Below are positions 24,837-37,504 of a stretch of DNA of 64,000 nucleotides, in pieces. The stretch comes from Eledone cirrhosa. Lineage: Eukaryota. Position numbers and translations under genes: made by a program. How positions within the stretch are numbered: the first letter of the stretch is position 1; every line of letters starts with the position of its first letter. The notes under the pieces are model-generated. The model was not told the DNA's origin. It ran no database searches and was given only the letters and a program-made list of their open reading frames with translations. The stretch lies in assembly GCA_964016885.1 (NCBI GenBank), contig OZ024740.1, positions 363,010,001 through 363,074,000 of the forward strand, in the 5' to 3' direction.

Positions 24837-26940
24837 ATGCCGAGCCTGAGATCCTTTCTCCACCAACCCCCTCCCCTCCTCCCACCCCCTCCCTCTACCC
24901 TGCTATCTCCCCGCGGCCCTTCAACTCTCCTACCTTCTCTTCGCCAAAACCCGGCACTCCAGCCACATCCATTTCCTCAGCCGCTGCCTCCACCTCCACC
25001 TTATCCCCCTCGGCTTCCGTCTACACTTCCACACTAATCGGCTTCCCCCTCCACCCAACGTATCCTCACCCGATCCTCGTGCCTCCTAATGCGCAACTCC
25101 CTCCTCTCCTCCCGCTCCACCATCCGCAAACTTGACTACCAACAGACCCCCCACCCTGCTCCGCCTTAACTCCGCCTGCCACCCCCTCCTCGCCCACGCC
25201 ATCCTCCTCTTCATCCAAAACCTCAACCACGACCTCTTCTAACTCACCTCCACCAAAGCCCTTAAGCTACACTCACTCCTCCCGACCACCCCCATCCCCC
25301 ATCCCTGTGACCCCCACACCCATCCCACCCATCTCTACCACTTCCACCCCCTCACCCCACACTCCGACCCAATCTCCACCCTCCACCTCGCCCCTCACCA
25401 CACCCTCCCCTCCTCCCTCACACACCCAAACCCCACCACTTGTTATCACCATACCCCCTGACCTCACCCTCTCCACCCCTGAGCGCTCACTCCTCAGTAG
25501 AGGCCTTCGCTTCATACCCCACACTCCGCACAGCGACGAGTTCCGCACCCGAACAGAAGTCGAGCGATTCGTGCGACGCACGAAGCTACAGGCACATTTT
25601 CATCAAACCCCACCGGCTCCGAACGCCCCAGACCCGTTTCTCGCCCTGGGCCGACGACCATCGTTTTGGACGCCGGCACCATGGCAATTTAGCACCCTGG
25701 ACGCGTTCGTCGATGCCTGCCGTAGCGCAGTAAATCGCTTCGACTTCCGCCACCGGTCCCAACGGAATAACATCTCTCTTGGCGAACTCCTCGCTCTCCG
25801 CTCCCTCCGTAGCCGAGATGACATCGTCATCAAACCGGCGGACAAGGGAGGCGCCGTGGTGGTGTGGCGCGCGGACCTCTACACGGCTGAAGCTCTCAGG
25901 CAGCTCCGTAACCCCCTCTTCTACCGCCCTCTACCCTTCGACCCCACACCCCTCTACCGACAACAACTTTCCTCCACCATCCAACACCTTGTCTCCTCCT
26001 CCCTCCTTCCCCCCACCGCTTCCCACCTCATCGTCCGCACCCCCGCACCCCTACTATCTACTTCCTCCCCAAACTCCAAAAACCCGACAACCCCGGCCGC
26101 CCCATCGTCTCCGCTTGCAACTGCCCCATCGAACTCGTCCACCTTTCTTGACTCCATCCTCGCCCCCTTCGTCACCCCCCTCCGACATATCCGACACTAA
26201 CCACGCCCTTCGCCTATTCGACTCCTTCACCTTCCCACCCGGCCCACAGCACTTCCTATTTACTCTAGATATCAAGTCGCTCTATACAGCCTACGTGCCC
26301 TCAAGCACTACCTCGACCTTCGCCCCTCCCCCATCCCCTCCCCCATCCCCTCCCCCTCCACCCTCCTTCGCCTCGCCGAGCTGGTCCTCACCCTCAACTG
26401 TTTCTCCTTCTCGGCTGAGTTTTATCAACAGGTCACGGGGGTAGCCATGGGCACAAGAATGGGCCCAAACTATGCCAACCTTTTCGTTGGCCATGTTGAA
26501 TCCCAAATCTTTGCCCAGTACACCGGCCCCACGTCCGAACTGTACGGTCGTTACATCGACAACTGTATCGGAGCCACGACCCTCACCCGAGAACAGCTCG
26601 ACTCCTTTCTCTCCTTCTTCAGCTCCTTCCACCCAACCCTCCACTTCACCACCTCTATCTCCACCACCCACGTCCACTTCTTAGACATCTCCGTCGCCTT
26701 CGACCCCTCCCACCACTCCTTCGTCACCTCCGCCTTCATCAAACTCACCAACTCCCACTCCTACCTTGACTTCACCTCCTCCCACCCTACACATACAAAA
26801 CACTCTATTCCCTACTCCCAACTCCTCAGGATCCACCGCCTCTGTGGCCGAGATGCTGACTTTGAGTCCCAGGCTCTTTCCCTAGTCAGCCATTTCATCC
26901 GCAGAGGTTACCCCCTCTCTCTCGTCCACACCGTTCTCAC
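24837..26940 (+). pseudogene. PLE ORF, family K (N-domain + RT); frameshifted, endonuclease absent
   Basis: HIHFLSRCL..IPLGF, LLSRGLRFIP, KPADKGGAVVVW, RPIVSACNCP, FTLDIKSLYT, MGTRMGPNYANLF, RYIDN, SIPYSQLLRI, RRGYP. Confidence 0.9.
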
Positions 26941-28183
26941 CCCCCCCCCCCCACGCACACCAACACACCCACCCACACCCACTTACACCACCCACTCTAC
27001 ACACATCCTACCACCACTGACCCCCACTAACACACCGGCATTCAACCCTTTCCCCACCACCAGTATACTAACGCCCACTAACACCTCCTTCACCACACAC
27101 TCACTCATACAAACACGCACACTACACTCCCACCATCGGCCCCACACCTTTCTCTCCCCCTCCCTCTCCCCGATCCACCCACGCCCCTTCTCACACACAC
27201 ACACATCCCACTAACACCTCTACTAATACACCCCCCTCCCCACTCCACCGTTCACCCCCCCCTCTCCCCTGTCCACCGCACCTCCGCACACACTGACACA
27301 CCGACTTTCACCATCTGCCATTCTCCCCTACTGCTGCTATGCCCTGACCCTCTGACCACCTCACCGCACATACAGACACACAATCCTCCTCCTGCCTTGA
27401 CCCTCTGACCACTTCTGTTGCGCGCACACCCCACATCTCCCCTCTTCCGACCAACCCAACCACGGATTACACACATTGGACATCGCTCCCATGAATAAAC
27501 TCCATCACAAGGAAATTATCCGGCCACCCACCACACCCTCTACGGAACTACCTTAGGAACTTACCCACGGACATACACTCACAAACATTTTTTTCCCCAC
27601 ACGCCACCTACATCCACAATACGTATAAACACTACACATACGTGCGTACCACCACATATTTACACACTCAGCCTCCGGAATCCCCCCCTCCCCTCTGACC
27701 CCTCCCCATCCACACATGCACACACACACACACCGACCTACACTCCACTCCACACACACCTTTTCCTGAACATGGAACCCCGTCTTCCCCCAACTCTCAC
27801 ATTCACATACACACACATACACCTACACACACACACCACCTTCAGCCCTCCCCGCTCAGACACTCCGCCTCCCTCTCCCCACTCCACCTGCCACCACCCC
27901 TACACGCCCCACACCCTTCCACCAGTGTTTATCTTCATGTTTATTTTTATTTTTATTATGTTTTTATATTTATTTTCATTTGTACCGTTTCCTCTCACCC
28001 CCTTTTTTCTAAATGTCTCTCCCACTCCCCTACACACCCTTAGAACTCTCTTCCCACACACTTTTCGCCTGAAGAAGCGCTTATGCCCGAAACGTCGTTC
28101 CCCACCACCACCCCACTCTCAAGAGCGTGAAACTAATAAACCTTTGTTCGTACTGCCTCTCTGTTTTGTTCCCGTTCCATTTT

Positions 28184-28234
<51 letters not shown>

Positions 28235-28238
<4 letters not shown>

Positions 28239-28350
28239 TCAGCGAGAATCACATTTCGGCGTGTAGAAAAAGCGAAACGAAACGCAAAAATTAGAATTAT
28301 GGTGGCAAGCGCTCCATAGTTAAACAACCCAGAGCTAAACAATATGTTAA
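28235..28350. repeat. Unclassified (TA)n-adjacent repeat, family N (also 36254-36470, 43575-43690, 44060-44275)
   Basis: Shared terminus AAATT(T)CA(G/C)CGAGA..ATTTCGGC..AAAAA, with further similarity inside. Confidence 0.6.
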
Positions 28351-29397
28351 AATGTATAATTGGAAGTGAAGGTAAATATATCGTTGACGTATAGGAAGAA
28401 GAGTGTGTGGAACAAAACTGAACTTTGGAGCACACCACAATTTATAGAGTCTGAGTGAAAGAATATTCCACCAGAACACGCCACTACTGATTAGATGCTA
28501 TTGCTCGAAAAGACAAAACACAGACGGAACTCAGAGCACAAAGGCGGGCAGTTTATTTTAGAAGTTTTACAAGCCAAACACATTAAAATGCTTTGCTGAT
28601 GTCAGGTGCAACAATACATGTTCATCTTATTTCTCGATGTCAGTAACCTAGTGGAGAAAGAAATAGAGCAGGTCTCTAGTAGATCTGGTATTACGAAAGC
28701 CGCTTTAGTAGTGATTGAAGTGTTGGAGAAGACTGTTGGTAATGAATATCATCATTGTTTTTGAGATGTTGAAATTTAGTACAACAGGATGATAAGCATT
28801 GTAAGAAAGATTGTCGTTCTTGGGAATTAGCTAAGGTGCGCCACCTCGTTCATATATATTTACAAACATTCTGGTTAGAATGGTAATGTCTCGTTGCCGC
28901 TAGACATTTTGTCAGTCTGGGAGACATTCTCACACCACTCTTTAAAAGGACGAAAGTCAATTTATCTTGTCAATATTTTTACTAAATACCATGTCAGACG
29001 TTGGTTCTATACCTTTCAGAACTAACACCAGTCTAACAACTATGAGCGATTTAAGCTAGCATGGCAGAGGAGGGCACCTGATTACAAAATTTCATCGGGG
29101 CCCTTGTGTCAAAGTGAATATAATATTTATAGAAGCCAAAAATGTTATTTGGGGTTCTTTGAATATTGAAAGGCCTCTCTTAACTTGCTACTGCAAATAA
29201 CCAGTTATCGCCTATGAGTATATAAACACACTTTCGATTGCCATTACAAGAATCAACTAAACTGAACTTCATTTCTCCCCGTTTTGGGACACTTTTTTTC
29301 ATGGTACTCCCCGTTGGGGCTTTTAGAGGTTGGCAGGTCTGCTACGAAGTTCAGTTTAGTTGATTCTTGTAATGGCAATCGAATGGGGAGATTTTAC

Positions 29398-29586
29398 ATA
29401 ATTGTTTCTACTTTTGGCACAAGGTCAGCAATTACCCAGTGCATTACTGGTACTTTATTTCATCGACCCGTGAGGATGAAAGGCAAAGTTAACTTCGCCG
29501 TGATCTGAACTCAGAATGGCAAGGGCCGTAACTCTATGCATCAAAGCATGGCGGCCGACCCTCTACCGATACTGCCAATCCACCAT
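29398..29586 (-). mobile_element. tRNA-derived SINE, family 1
   Basis: Reverse complement of GGTGGATTGGCAGTATCGGTAGAG..GAGTTC..GCCTTTCATCC..GTCGAT..GTACCAGT..CTTGTGCCAAAAGTAGAAAC. Other copies at 33548-33712 +, 47134-47324 -, 56777-56998 +, 58185-58445 -, 58460-58605 + and 59935-60098 +. Confidence 0.85.
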
Positions 29587-30098
29587 GAAAGCTATACCCA
29601 TTTTCACAAGAGAAGACATCTCTCACCCACCCAAAGTGGGTGGGAGATCTCCCCGTTGGACGGGGAGGGTTGACAGGTCTGCCGTAGCAGCTTAGTAACA
29701 CCGACACCATTGTAAAACAACCGTTTCATTTCATATCATTACAACATCCAAACTGTTTGCCAATGAGGTAATTCTGGCCTTTCAATTAAAGACATTTCAA
29801 TTACGTTGTTCTAGAATTTTCAACACATTAATTGGGACTCTGGCGCTATTCAGATTTTCATTGTTTTGCTGTTAATATCTCGTGTAGTTATGATAATAGC
29901 TTTTGTGTCATTTGACATGGATATAGTGTGATTGTTTACATTGTTGTATTAATTGCTAAATTTAAGACAAAGTTAGCGCTCATCGATGAATAACTGTCGT
30001 CTCCTTGTGTTGCTATACATTTCACAATCAGTCTCTTGTATGTATGTTAAATATTCCTTACATGCGCGCGCACACATTTACACACACACATACACATG

Positions 30099-30400
30099 AG
30101 AAGGCAGGTGACTTAGCGGTTAGGGTGTTCTGCTGACGATCATAAAGTAGTAAGTTCCATTTCTGGTGGCTCGCTGTAACCTTCAACAAAACAATCCAAT
30201 CTGCTGGCAAAAAAGAGTTTTACCTGATATTCAAAGCGTCAGACTTGTCATGCACTGTCTCACGCTGAATATCCCTGAGAACTCATTTAAGAGAGCATGT
30301 ATTTGTGAAAAGCTTAGTCACGTATGCGTTAATTTCAGGAGCACGCTGTTCTGTTATTCGAACTGGAAAACTCATCGTCAGAACTGACGGCGGTTCAAAA
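30099..30400 (+). mobile_element. tRNA-derived SINE, family 2 (diverged)
   Basis: Head with A/B-box-like GTGACTTAGCGGTTAG..GTTCCATT. Related pieces at ~54318-54590, 60130-60310 (-) and 63090-63292 (-). Confidence 0.6.
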
Positions 30401-30535
30401 CATACAAACAAACACACATTTTTGATCAATAACCACAGGCTTGTGTTATAATGTATCTTATAATTTTATACATAGTAATGTAATATTTACATTTTCAACC
30501 ATAACATGTTCTACAGATGAAAGAATGGTATTTAA

Positions 30536-31238
30536 CTAATGTATTGGTATGCGATGGGGCCCACCCACAGCCCCGGCGGACAGAATGGAAAAGGCGTTTC
30601 CCCGGAGGACGGCAAGGGAGACGCGCTGGAAAAGCCACTCCAACTCGCGGGGCTCACACCTGCGGCTGGCCAGCTCAGCGCCTATGGTGGTGAGTAAGGA
30701 GGTAGCCCTGGGACCGTGGAAACCAGAAGTTTCCACTGCCAGGGGAACGACCGCAAACCTGTCAGAGAGTGACCGGTATTTGAGGAGTTTGGCCCCCTCA
30801 GCCCGACGTGCAGCAGAACCTGGGTCAGTCGCAGACTGCACCAGGTATCGGTGAAAGTGTCGGTGCAAGTGGCATCCCAGACGAGGGGTTTGCCACCGCG
30901 GAATGGGAATATGGTCATGCCATCTGGCCTTTTGCTGTCCCCTCGATCCAGCACCACCGGCTCGAGCTGGGAAGGGAAGCCTGCAGCGTCCAAGCCATGC
31001 TTAATGACCTCGTTGAGGGCAGCATGGCGTGGAATGCGGCCGGCACTGTGGCGACAGGAAAGCGGGTGGAGGCCGAAAGAGTCCACGGTGGAACCGCAGC
31101 GACATTGGCGTGGCTGGCAGATCCGGAGGCCGAGCCTCAGGGAAACGCCGATTCGCAGACTATGGTTGTCTAGCTGCGTGCCAGTGGAGAAGGAGGGCAG
31201 AGCATGGAGCCAGGCACCACTGTGGGTTTGGAGGCCAA
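30536..31238 (-). pseudogene. CRE-clade non-LTR retrotransposon C-terminus (Zn-knuckle + restriction-like endonuclease)
   Basis: [26 protein letters not shown]...WDATCTDT, then after a frameshift K..KY..VPLAVET.G..QRVSLAVLRGNA. Confidence 0.88.
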
Positions 31239-32019
31239 ACATTTTAATAGTATTTCAAATGATTTACTTCTAGTCTGAAGCCAATTTATTCGAAAATGTC
31301 TTCAGTTCAATTTAACTTGATTTCGAGGCAATTTTAAAACATTGTTATAATACATTTAGGAACCAAACAATGCGTTATATTGAAGTTAATGTAACAATAT
31401 GTAAAGTTTTATTCAAAATCTTTGACCCCGAGAAGATATTGGTCAGGGAACAGTAACCTTTCGATTGTATACTTCAGTGAATTAGCGCAATTTCAATATA
31501 TCAGTAAAGAATTATGCACCAAAGAATTGGTATGTGTTCAGCCAGCCAAACGACCGGGGCGAAATATTAGTTGTATAACTCACATAAGTCGTCGCAGTAG
31601 CTAAATAATATGGCCATTTCCAATGATGATCATTTAGAACGGCTGTATATTTTTCTTTTCTATTCAGATGTATTCATTTCTCCACTAATAAAATAAAATA
31701 GACGGTATTTTATTCCTTTATTTACTTCTGTAAACACACGTGTGAAACTTGTAGGCTACCATAGAAGGAGAAAGCTATCTAATACCTCTTATATATGGAA
31801 ACAAAAACAAGTTTACTATATATATAGTTGCAGAAAAATGTTGCTTATAAGTAGTTGTTACGTTGTAACATTTTGAGGATAAGCCGGTCCGAGCGATCTA
31901 AAAGCACTTCACGTCAGTAGTTTATCCCAGATAAGAGTAGTTAAGACCGCATTAATTCACCACAATTGTTTATTGTATGATATGTATTTCTGTTATATAG
32001 TTATATACATATAATTAAA

Positions 32020-32400
32020 TTAAACGTCTGTGTAAAACTGGTAAGCCATGACAGACTGAGAAAGGTATTTAATAACCCCGATGTATGCGAAAAATAAGAT
32101 GGAAAGACAAAAGAGTGGGGGTGGGGTGCAAAGAAACAAATATAAGGAAAAAAGTGAAAAGAGGCAGCTATAAAGCAGTTAAATGTTTTTGTTGTTGAAT
32201 CTTTTCGCAGTCTATATGTATTGGAAGATCTTATTCATGGCTGATAGATCCTTGACAAACCTCCAGCCTTGTTTGTTTTTAAAGGCCAGTTTTAAATATT
32301 TCCTTTCTCTCAGAATAGTAATTCTTACATGGAACAAACAGTGCCATAAAGTTTCTTAATAGTCTCCACAAAAGCATAGATGTGGCTGTATATGACCGGT
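32020..32400. repeat. Unclassified old repeat (related copies at 62877-62930 and 63300-63650)
   Basis: Shared blocks AAACGTCTGTGTAAA..CCATG(A/G)CAGACTGAGAAA and GTTGTTGAATCTTTTCG..TTGGAAGATCTTATT. Confidence 0.55.
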
Positions 32401-32595
32401 TGTTAATAAAATATAGTTTAAAGGTATACAACTCATCCAAATCAACAAAGATATATATATACAAAGAAATTTGATCGAACTTATCTGAGGTAATCCCTTA
32501 CCAAGTCAATGATCAAAGAAACGAATTCTTTGTTTCAGTGGTCTCATTAGATTTAGAAGAGAATTACTGCGAATAATATATATACATATATATAT

Positions 32596-32754
32596 GAAAA
32601 GAGTCAGGATCCCGACGGCTGAGTTTCGACAGCTAGTTCTGAACGCTCAACCGTCGGGGTCCTGACTCTTTTCCTATTACCCAAAGTATCGAGTACTCTG
32701 GTCCACCTGGTTCCTTACTCATGGTCCACCAGGTTCCTTACCACACTTCCTTCG

Positions 32755-32756
<2 letters not shown>
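32596..32756 (+). mobile_element. Miniature hairpin of a B/C-related PLE end
   Basis: Arms at 32596-32622 and 32646-32673 cover the ribozyme cleavage region. The tail ends ..CTTCCTTCGTTA(TA)n as in family B. Confidence 0.8.
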
Positions 32757-32853
<97 letters not shown>

Positions 32854-33392
32854 GAGTGATGGAGTAAGAGAAACGCATTGATAAGTTTCGTAAGGAGTTA
32901 GGTTTGTAGTATGTTTATACGCGTATGTGCGTTTGTCTGTATATGTATATGCCTGTATGTATCTGCATGTGATATTTTCCAAAACTGTTTGTTTATTTTA
33001 TATTAATATATACAAAGAAACTTTTCGATAACTCTAGATGAATTATGTATTAATATCAAGGATCAAACTCTACGATAGAACAAATTGTATCCGGCAGCAC
33101 TATATCAACAGTATTACAATCACGACATTCAGATCGGCAAATGTTTGTATTTGAGTTATTTATATAAATACATTTCATCTTACGTTTTAAATAAATCAAT
33201 AAAATAATAGTTAACACATTAAGAACCTCCAGGGATATATATAGATGTGTGTCTAGAGAAAGATTATAGAGAGATAAAAGGGATATATGTATATATATAT
33301 ATATGTGACTGTGTGTGTGTATGCATATTTATATATATATATGTATATGTGTGTGATATGTATGTGTGTGTAGAGAGAGGGAGAATAAGATA

Positions 33393-33434
<42 letters not shown>

Positions 33435-33765
33435 AGAACATTTCTTCATTATTATATTTCATATATATCGAATTTCTGTTCAGAGTTAAGAAAGCTAATT
33501 TAAAGTAAGAATTAATTTGATTACGTTATATTACATATAATATGTAGTGGGTCCGACGCCTTGCTTTGACGCATAGAGTTACGGCCCTTTATGGTCTGAG
33601 TTCAAATCCCGCCAAGGTTAACTTTGCCTTTCATCCTTACGGGATCGATAAAATAAAGTACCAGTAATGTACTGGGTTATTGCTGGCCTTATGCCAAAAG
33701 TAGAAACAATTATATATATATTATGTTTCTTACATATGTTACTTATATTACGTATATTAAAGTAT

Positions 33766-33890
33766 TACGTTCGAGGGTCAGCTGGAAAGTTCATAGGCTG
33801 AAAATATTATAGGCTGAAAAGTTCATAGACTGACCAAGATACTCTCATGGAATGACCAAATGAGGTTTATTTTTCAACATAGTCCCTGGA
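33766..33890. mobile_element. Mariner-like terminal remnant
   Basis: CGAGGGTCAGCTGGAAAGTTCATAGGCTG resembles a mariner TIR start. No partner end found. Confidence 0.35.
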
Positions 33891-34209
33891 AAGAAATAAT
33901 GAAATTACTAATAAAGAAAGTTGAAATTAACGCATGCAAGATTTCACAGCTCCAGCATTACTTCTTCATATTCAGCCTATGGACTTTGTAGCCTACTCTT
34001 CTATATTATGTATTACATACATTGCGTATATTACGTATGTTATATATATTCTGTGTATTACGTATGGGTCCAGACAGGTCACTGTCGTCGAATGTTTCAT
34101 TTGCAGCATCGTGAATACCAGGTTCGATCCCATTGCGTGGAACTTTCGGCAAATGTTTCCTTCGTTGCAAGTGGAATTATTTAGTAGAAATATTATCAAG
34201 TCTACCGTG

Positions 34210-34301
<92 letters not shown>

Positions 34302-34584
34302 TGCGCATATATATATATATAAAAATATATATAATATATATAAATATATATATATAGATAGATTTCTTTATTAGCCACAAGGGCGCAACAAGAAAGGGGA
34401 CAATACAAAGACATGCCGGGGATTTTACATACAGTCGTGTAAAAAATATAAAAACAAACAATTTCAACAATCGAAATCCCCAATAGGGGGGAGGCGCCAC
34501 AAATGGGTTGTTTAATACCCCGTCGATAGAACAACCCTCAACTCAAGGAGCGTGTTGTGCAAGTGCTCCTTTCTTCCTTTTGCT

Positions 34585-35730
34585 CTCTTCCTCAACCTAC
34601 AGGCTTATAAACAGAGAAGGCCCAATCACTCGGGCCATTTTCACTTCATTCACCCACCTTTCAGTAAATTTACTTGTTTACTCATTACCCTCTTTCTATC
34701 TTCACCTTGTAAAATCCTTCATAACATATATATTTATTTTTTTGACGTTAGAATATTCATCCGCAATTATTATTATTTTTTCTCTCTATCATAAAACTTT
34801 TTAATCTCAATTTCATCCTTAATTTATTATTTTTTCTCCCCATCAACGAACTCATTCTTAATACATATTAACTCTTTCTTCGCACATATTATCAATTCAT
34901 TCAATATACAAACTTTAACCTCACATTATTTTTCTCAAATCCTTCTACACACAAACCTTAATAATTTTTTTTCTCTTCGTTAATTTTGAAATTGCCACAA
35001 TACTTATCAACATACACCTTTTTGACGTTAGAATATTCATCCACAATTATTATTTTTTCTCTCTATCTTCATACATAAACTCCCTCTCTTTCCTCGTAAA
35101 TATTTTTCCCTTCGTTAATTTTCAAATTCTTTTAATTTATACGTTATCTTCCAACGGTTCTCAACCTCTCTATGTAAAACAATATATCTTTTCTCAGTTA
35201 TAAAAACTATCTCTTTCTCTCTATCACCCATCTCTCCCTCTCCACCTTCACTCTCATCTCCTCCCCCTTTTTTCATCCTTTCCACCCCCACCCCCTACCT
35301 AAATAAAATATTTTTTCCTCGTACATATCTTTCCCTTCGTTAATTTTCAAATTGTTTTAATTTATACATTATCTTCCAACGGTTTTCAACCTCTCTATGT
35401 AAAACAATATATCTTCTCTCAGTTATAAAAACTATCTCTTTCTCTCTATCACCCATCTCTCCCTCTCATCTCCTCCCCTTTTTCATCCTTTCCACCCCAC
35501 CCCCTCTCTAAATAACATATTTTTCCCAATATCACACATCAATCTAAAACCACTTTTCATATGTTGATTTAAAACTGCACTATCCACAAGTGTTTTTTAG
35601 CCTTCATATCATGTTCTCCTGTTTTATCTGATGAAAACACAAATATTATTGCATGATGATGTTTGTTTTTGAAATGCGCATAATAAAATATATGGAACTC
35701 CTTTAACCATCTTTTGATCTTATATTATGT
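34585..35730 (+). mobile_element. PLE 3' UTR/pLTR, family J, with a ~225-bp tandem duplication (35090-35526)
   Basis: 35560-35730 matches 19070-19238. Pyrimidine-rich UTR with a possible ORF end (QPTG.NRE) near 34590. Confidence 0.6.
35620..35690 (+). ncRNA. Type I hammerhead ribozyme, family J
   Basis: UGUUUUAU-CUGAUGA-AAACACAAAUA~UGUUUGUUUUU-GAAA-UGCGCA-UA^AUAAAAUA. Confidence 0.88.
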
Positions 35731-35789
35731 ATACTCCAGTCCTACAAACTGTAGAGTGCTTCTTATCCGATATCTGCATTGCTTTATTG

Positions 35790-36214
35790 TACAACTTTGT
35801 CTGATTTACTCGTTTTATTTACAATCCTTTAAAATTTATAATGGTATTATAATGAAATAGTATGATAGAATATTAAATGTTAAGTGTTAATTGAACAAGT
35901 ACTTTCATGCTTTCGCAATCTTCAGGTTCATAATGTGTGGTGACAGTCAAGTTTGCAATTTTCAACTGTTGAAAATTGCAAACTTGACTGTCACCACACA
36001 TTATGAACCTGAAGATTGCGAAAGCATGAAAGTACTTGTTCAATTAACACTTAACATTTAATATTCTATCATACTATTTCATTATAATACCATTATAAAT
36101 TTTAAAGGATTGTAAATAAAACGAGTAAATCAGACAAAGTTGTAATTTCTTTTATTAATATAATCTTCTATACACAATCATACACACCCGTGTATATTTA
36201 TCTATCTTTATCTA

Positions 36215-36215
<1 letters not shown>
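35790..36215 (+). mobile_element. 355-bp palindrome plus tail derived from the family D pLTR; hammerheads at 35892-35930 (-) and 36004-36042 (+)
   Basis: Arms at 35790-35966 and 35968-36144 with a 1-nt centre and no mismatch seen. The sequence matches 51461-51710. Confidence 0.92.
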
Positions 36216-36257
<42 letters not shown>

Positions 36258-36632
36258 TCACCGAGAATAGCATTTCGGCAGGTAGAAAAAGCGAAAGGTA
36301 ACGCAAATTCCGAGTCATGCTGGCAAGCGCTTCATAGTCTAAAAGACTAGAGCAATAAACATAGGTTATAAAGGACATACAAACTGAGAAGGCCGTCAAG
36401 AAGCTATAGACCACCTAAGCCAAAAAACAAGTCAAGCTAAATAGGTCAGACAAAATAAATGACATAATCATATATATATACATATACATATACATATATA
36501 TATAACAAACCTGGATCCTTGAAATTGATGGTAAAATCCAGTACAGGGTTTCTGCGACACCTAAATCAATATTACTTTCTGCTTAAAACAATAAGCTTTT
36601 GGTATAATGATCGAATATACGTAGATATATAT

Positions 36633-36720
<88 letters not shown>

Positions 36721-36728
<8 letters not shown>

Positions 36729-37504
36729 GAAAAGACAGGTAAGCATTAAGAGAAGGATTTTATCCAGTTATTTACGACCGTTTCATTGGTAAGTGCAACC
36801 TTATATTGCTATACTGCAAATAGCAGCCACTCAATTATAATTGTTATTCACGTCCAAATTTTCAAAATAGTGAGTAAGTTACTCTTGAAATAGTTCTTAA
36901 TATATAGAGAAAAACATTTTTTTGCAATTGTATTTACTAGAATAGAGAGAGAGAGAGAGAAAGAGGAATTAGAAAGTGAGGGGACAAACGGAATAGTATA
37001 GATAGAGAGGAATGGGGAGAAGAGTTAGGAAGTAGAGTGACAAACTGAGATGGAGGGAGGGGTAGAGGTGGAAGGATTCCTTGATCAGTTTTGATACGTA
37101 GACTTCATGCCGTCCATTGTAGTGAGTTAAAGAGAATTAAATTGATCATAGTGGGAGGGATGGAGAGAGAGAGATAAATATATAAAAAATAAAGATAAAA
37201 ATAATAATGATAAAAATAAAAGTAAAGATGGGGGAGAAAGAAGAAAAGAAAAGATAGGCAAAAAGGGGATTTGCAGTATAGCAATATAAGGTTGCACTTA
37301 CCAATGAAACGGTCATAAATACCTGGATAAAATCCTTCTCTTAATACTTACCTATGTTTTCTCTTTTATACTTTATACTTCAAGATTGAACGGAATACTT
37401 ACAAACTTGTGGAGTTACCCCTAACCGTACGTTGAAACCGTCCATGAAACTGGCTTTCTTAACCACGAACTGGATCACAATAAGCAATTTTCTGCTTACC
37501 TAAC
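36721..37504 (+). mobile_element. Asymmetric hairpin PLE end, family H
   Basis: Inverted arms at 36721-36821 and 37269-37370, tail to 37504, (TA)n on both sides. Confidence 0.75.
36768..36870 (-). ncRNA. Type I hammerhead, U3-A8 core, long stem II (family H)
   Basis: - strand reads UAUU-UUGAAAA-U-UUGG~CCAA-U-GAAA-CGGUCG-UA^AAUA. Confidence 0.65.

Larger units (their letters stand above)
23278..28188 (+). mobile_element. Degraded C-rich Penelope-like element, family K, with direct pLTRs
   Basis: Direct repeats at ~23278-24483 and ~26965-28188 flank a PLE RT. The 3' end is at (TA)n. Confidence 0.9.

Noticed and set aside
31877-31927. Possible hammerhead on the - strand (GGAUAA..CUGACGU..GGACCGG..UUAUCC)
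   Set aside because: The core, GAAA and cleavage site are all altered, so it is at best a decayed relic.
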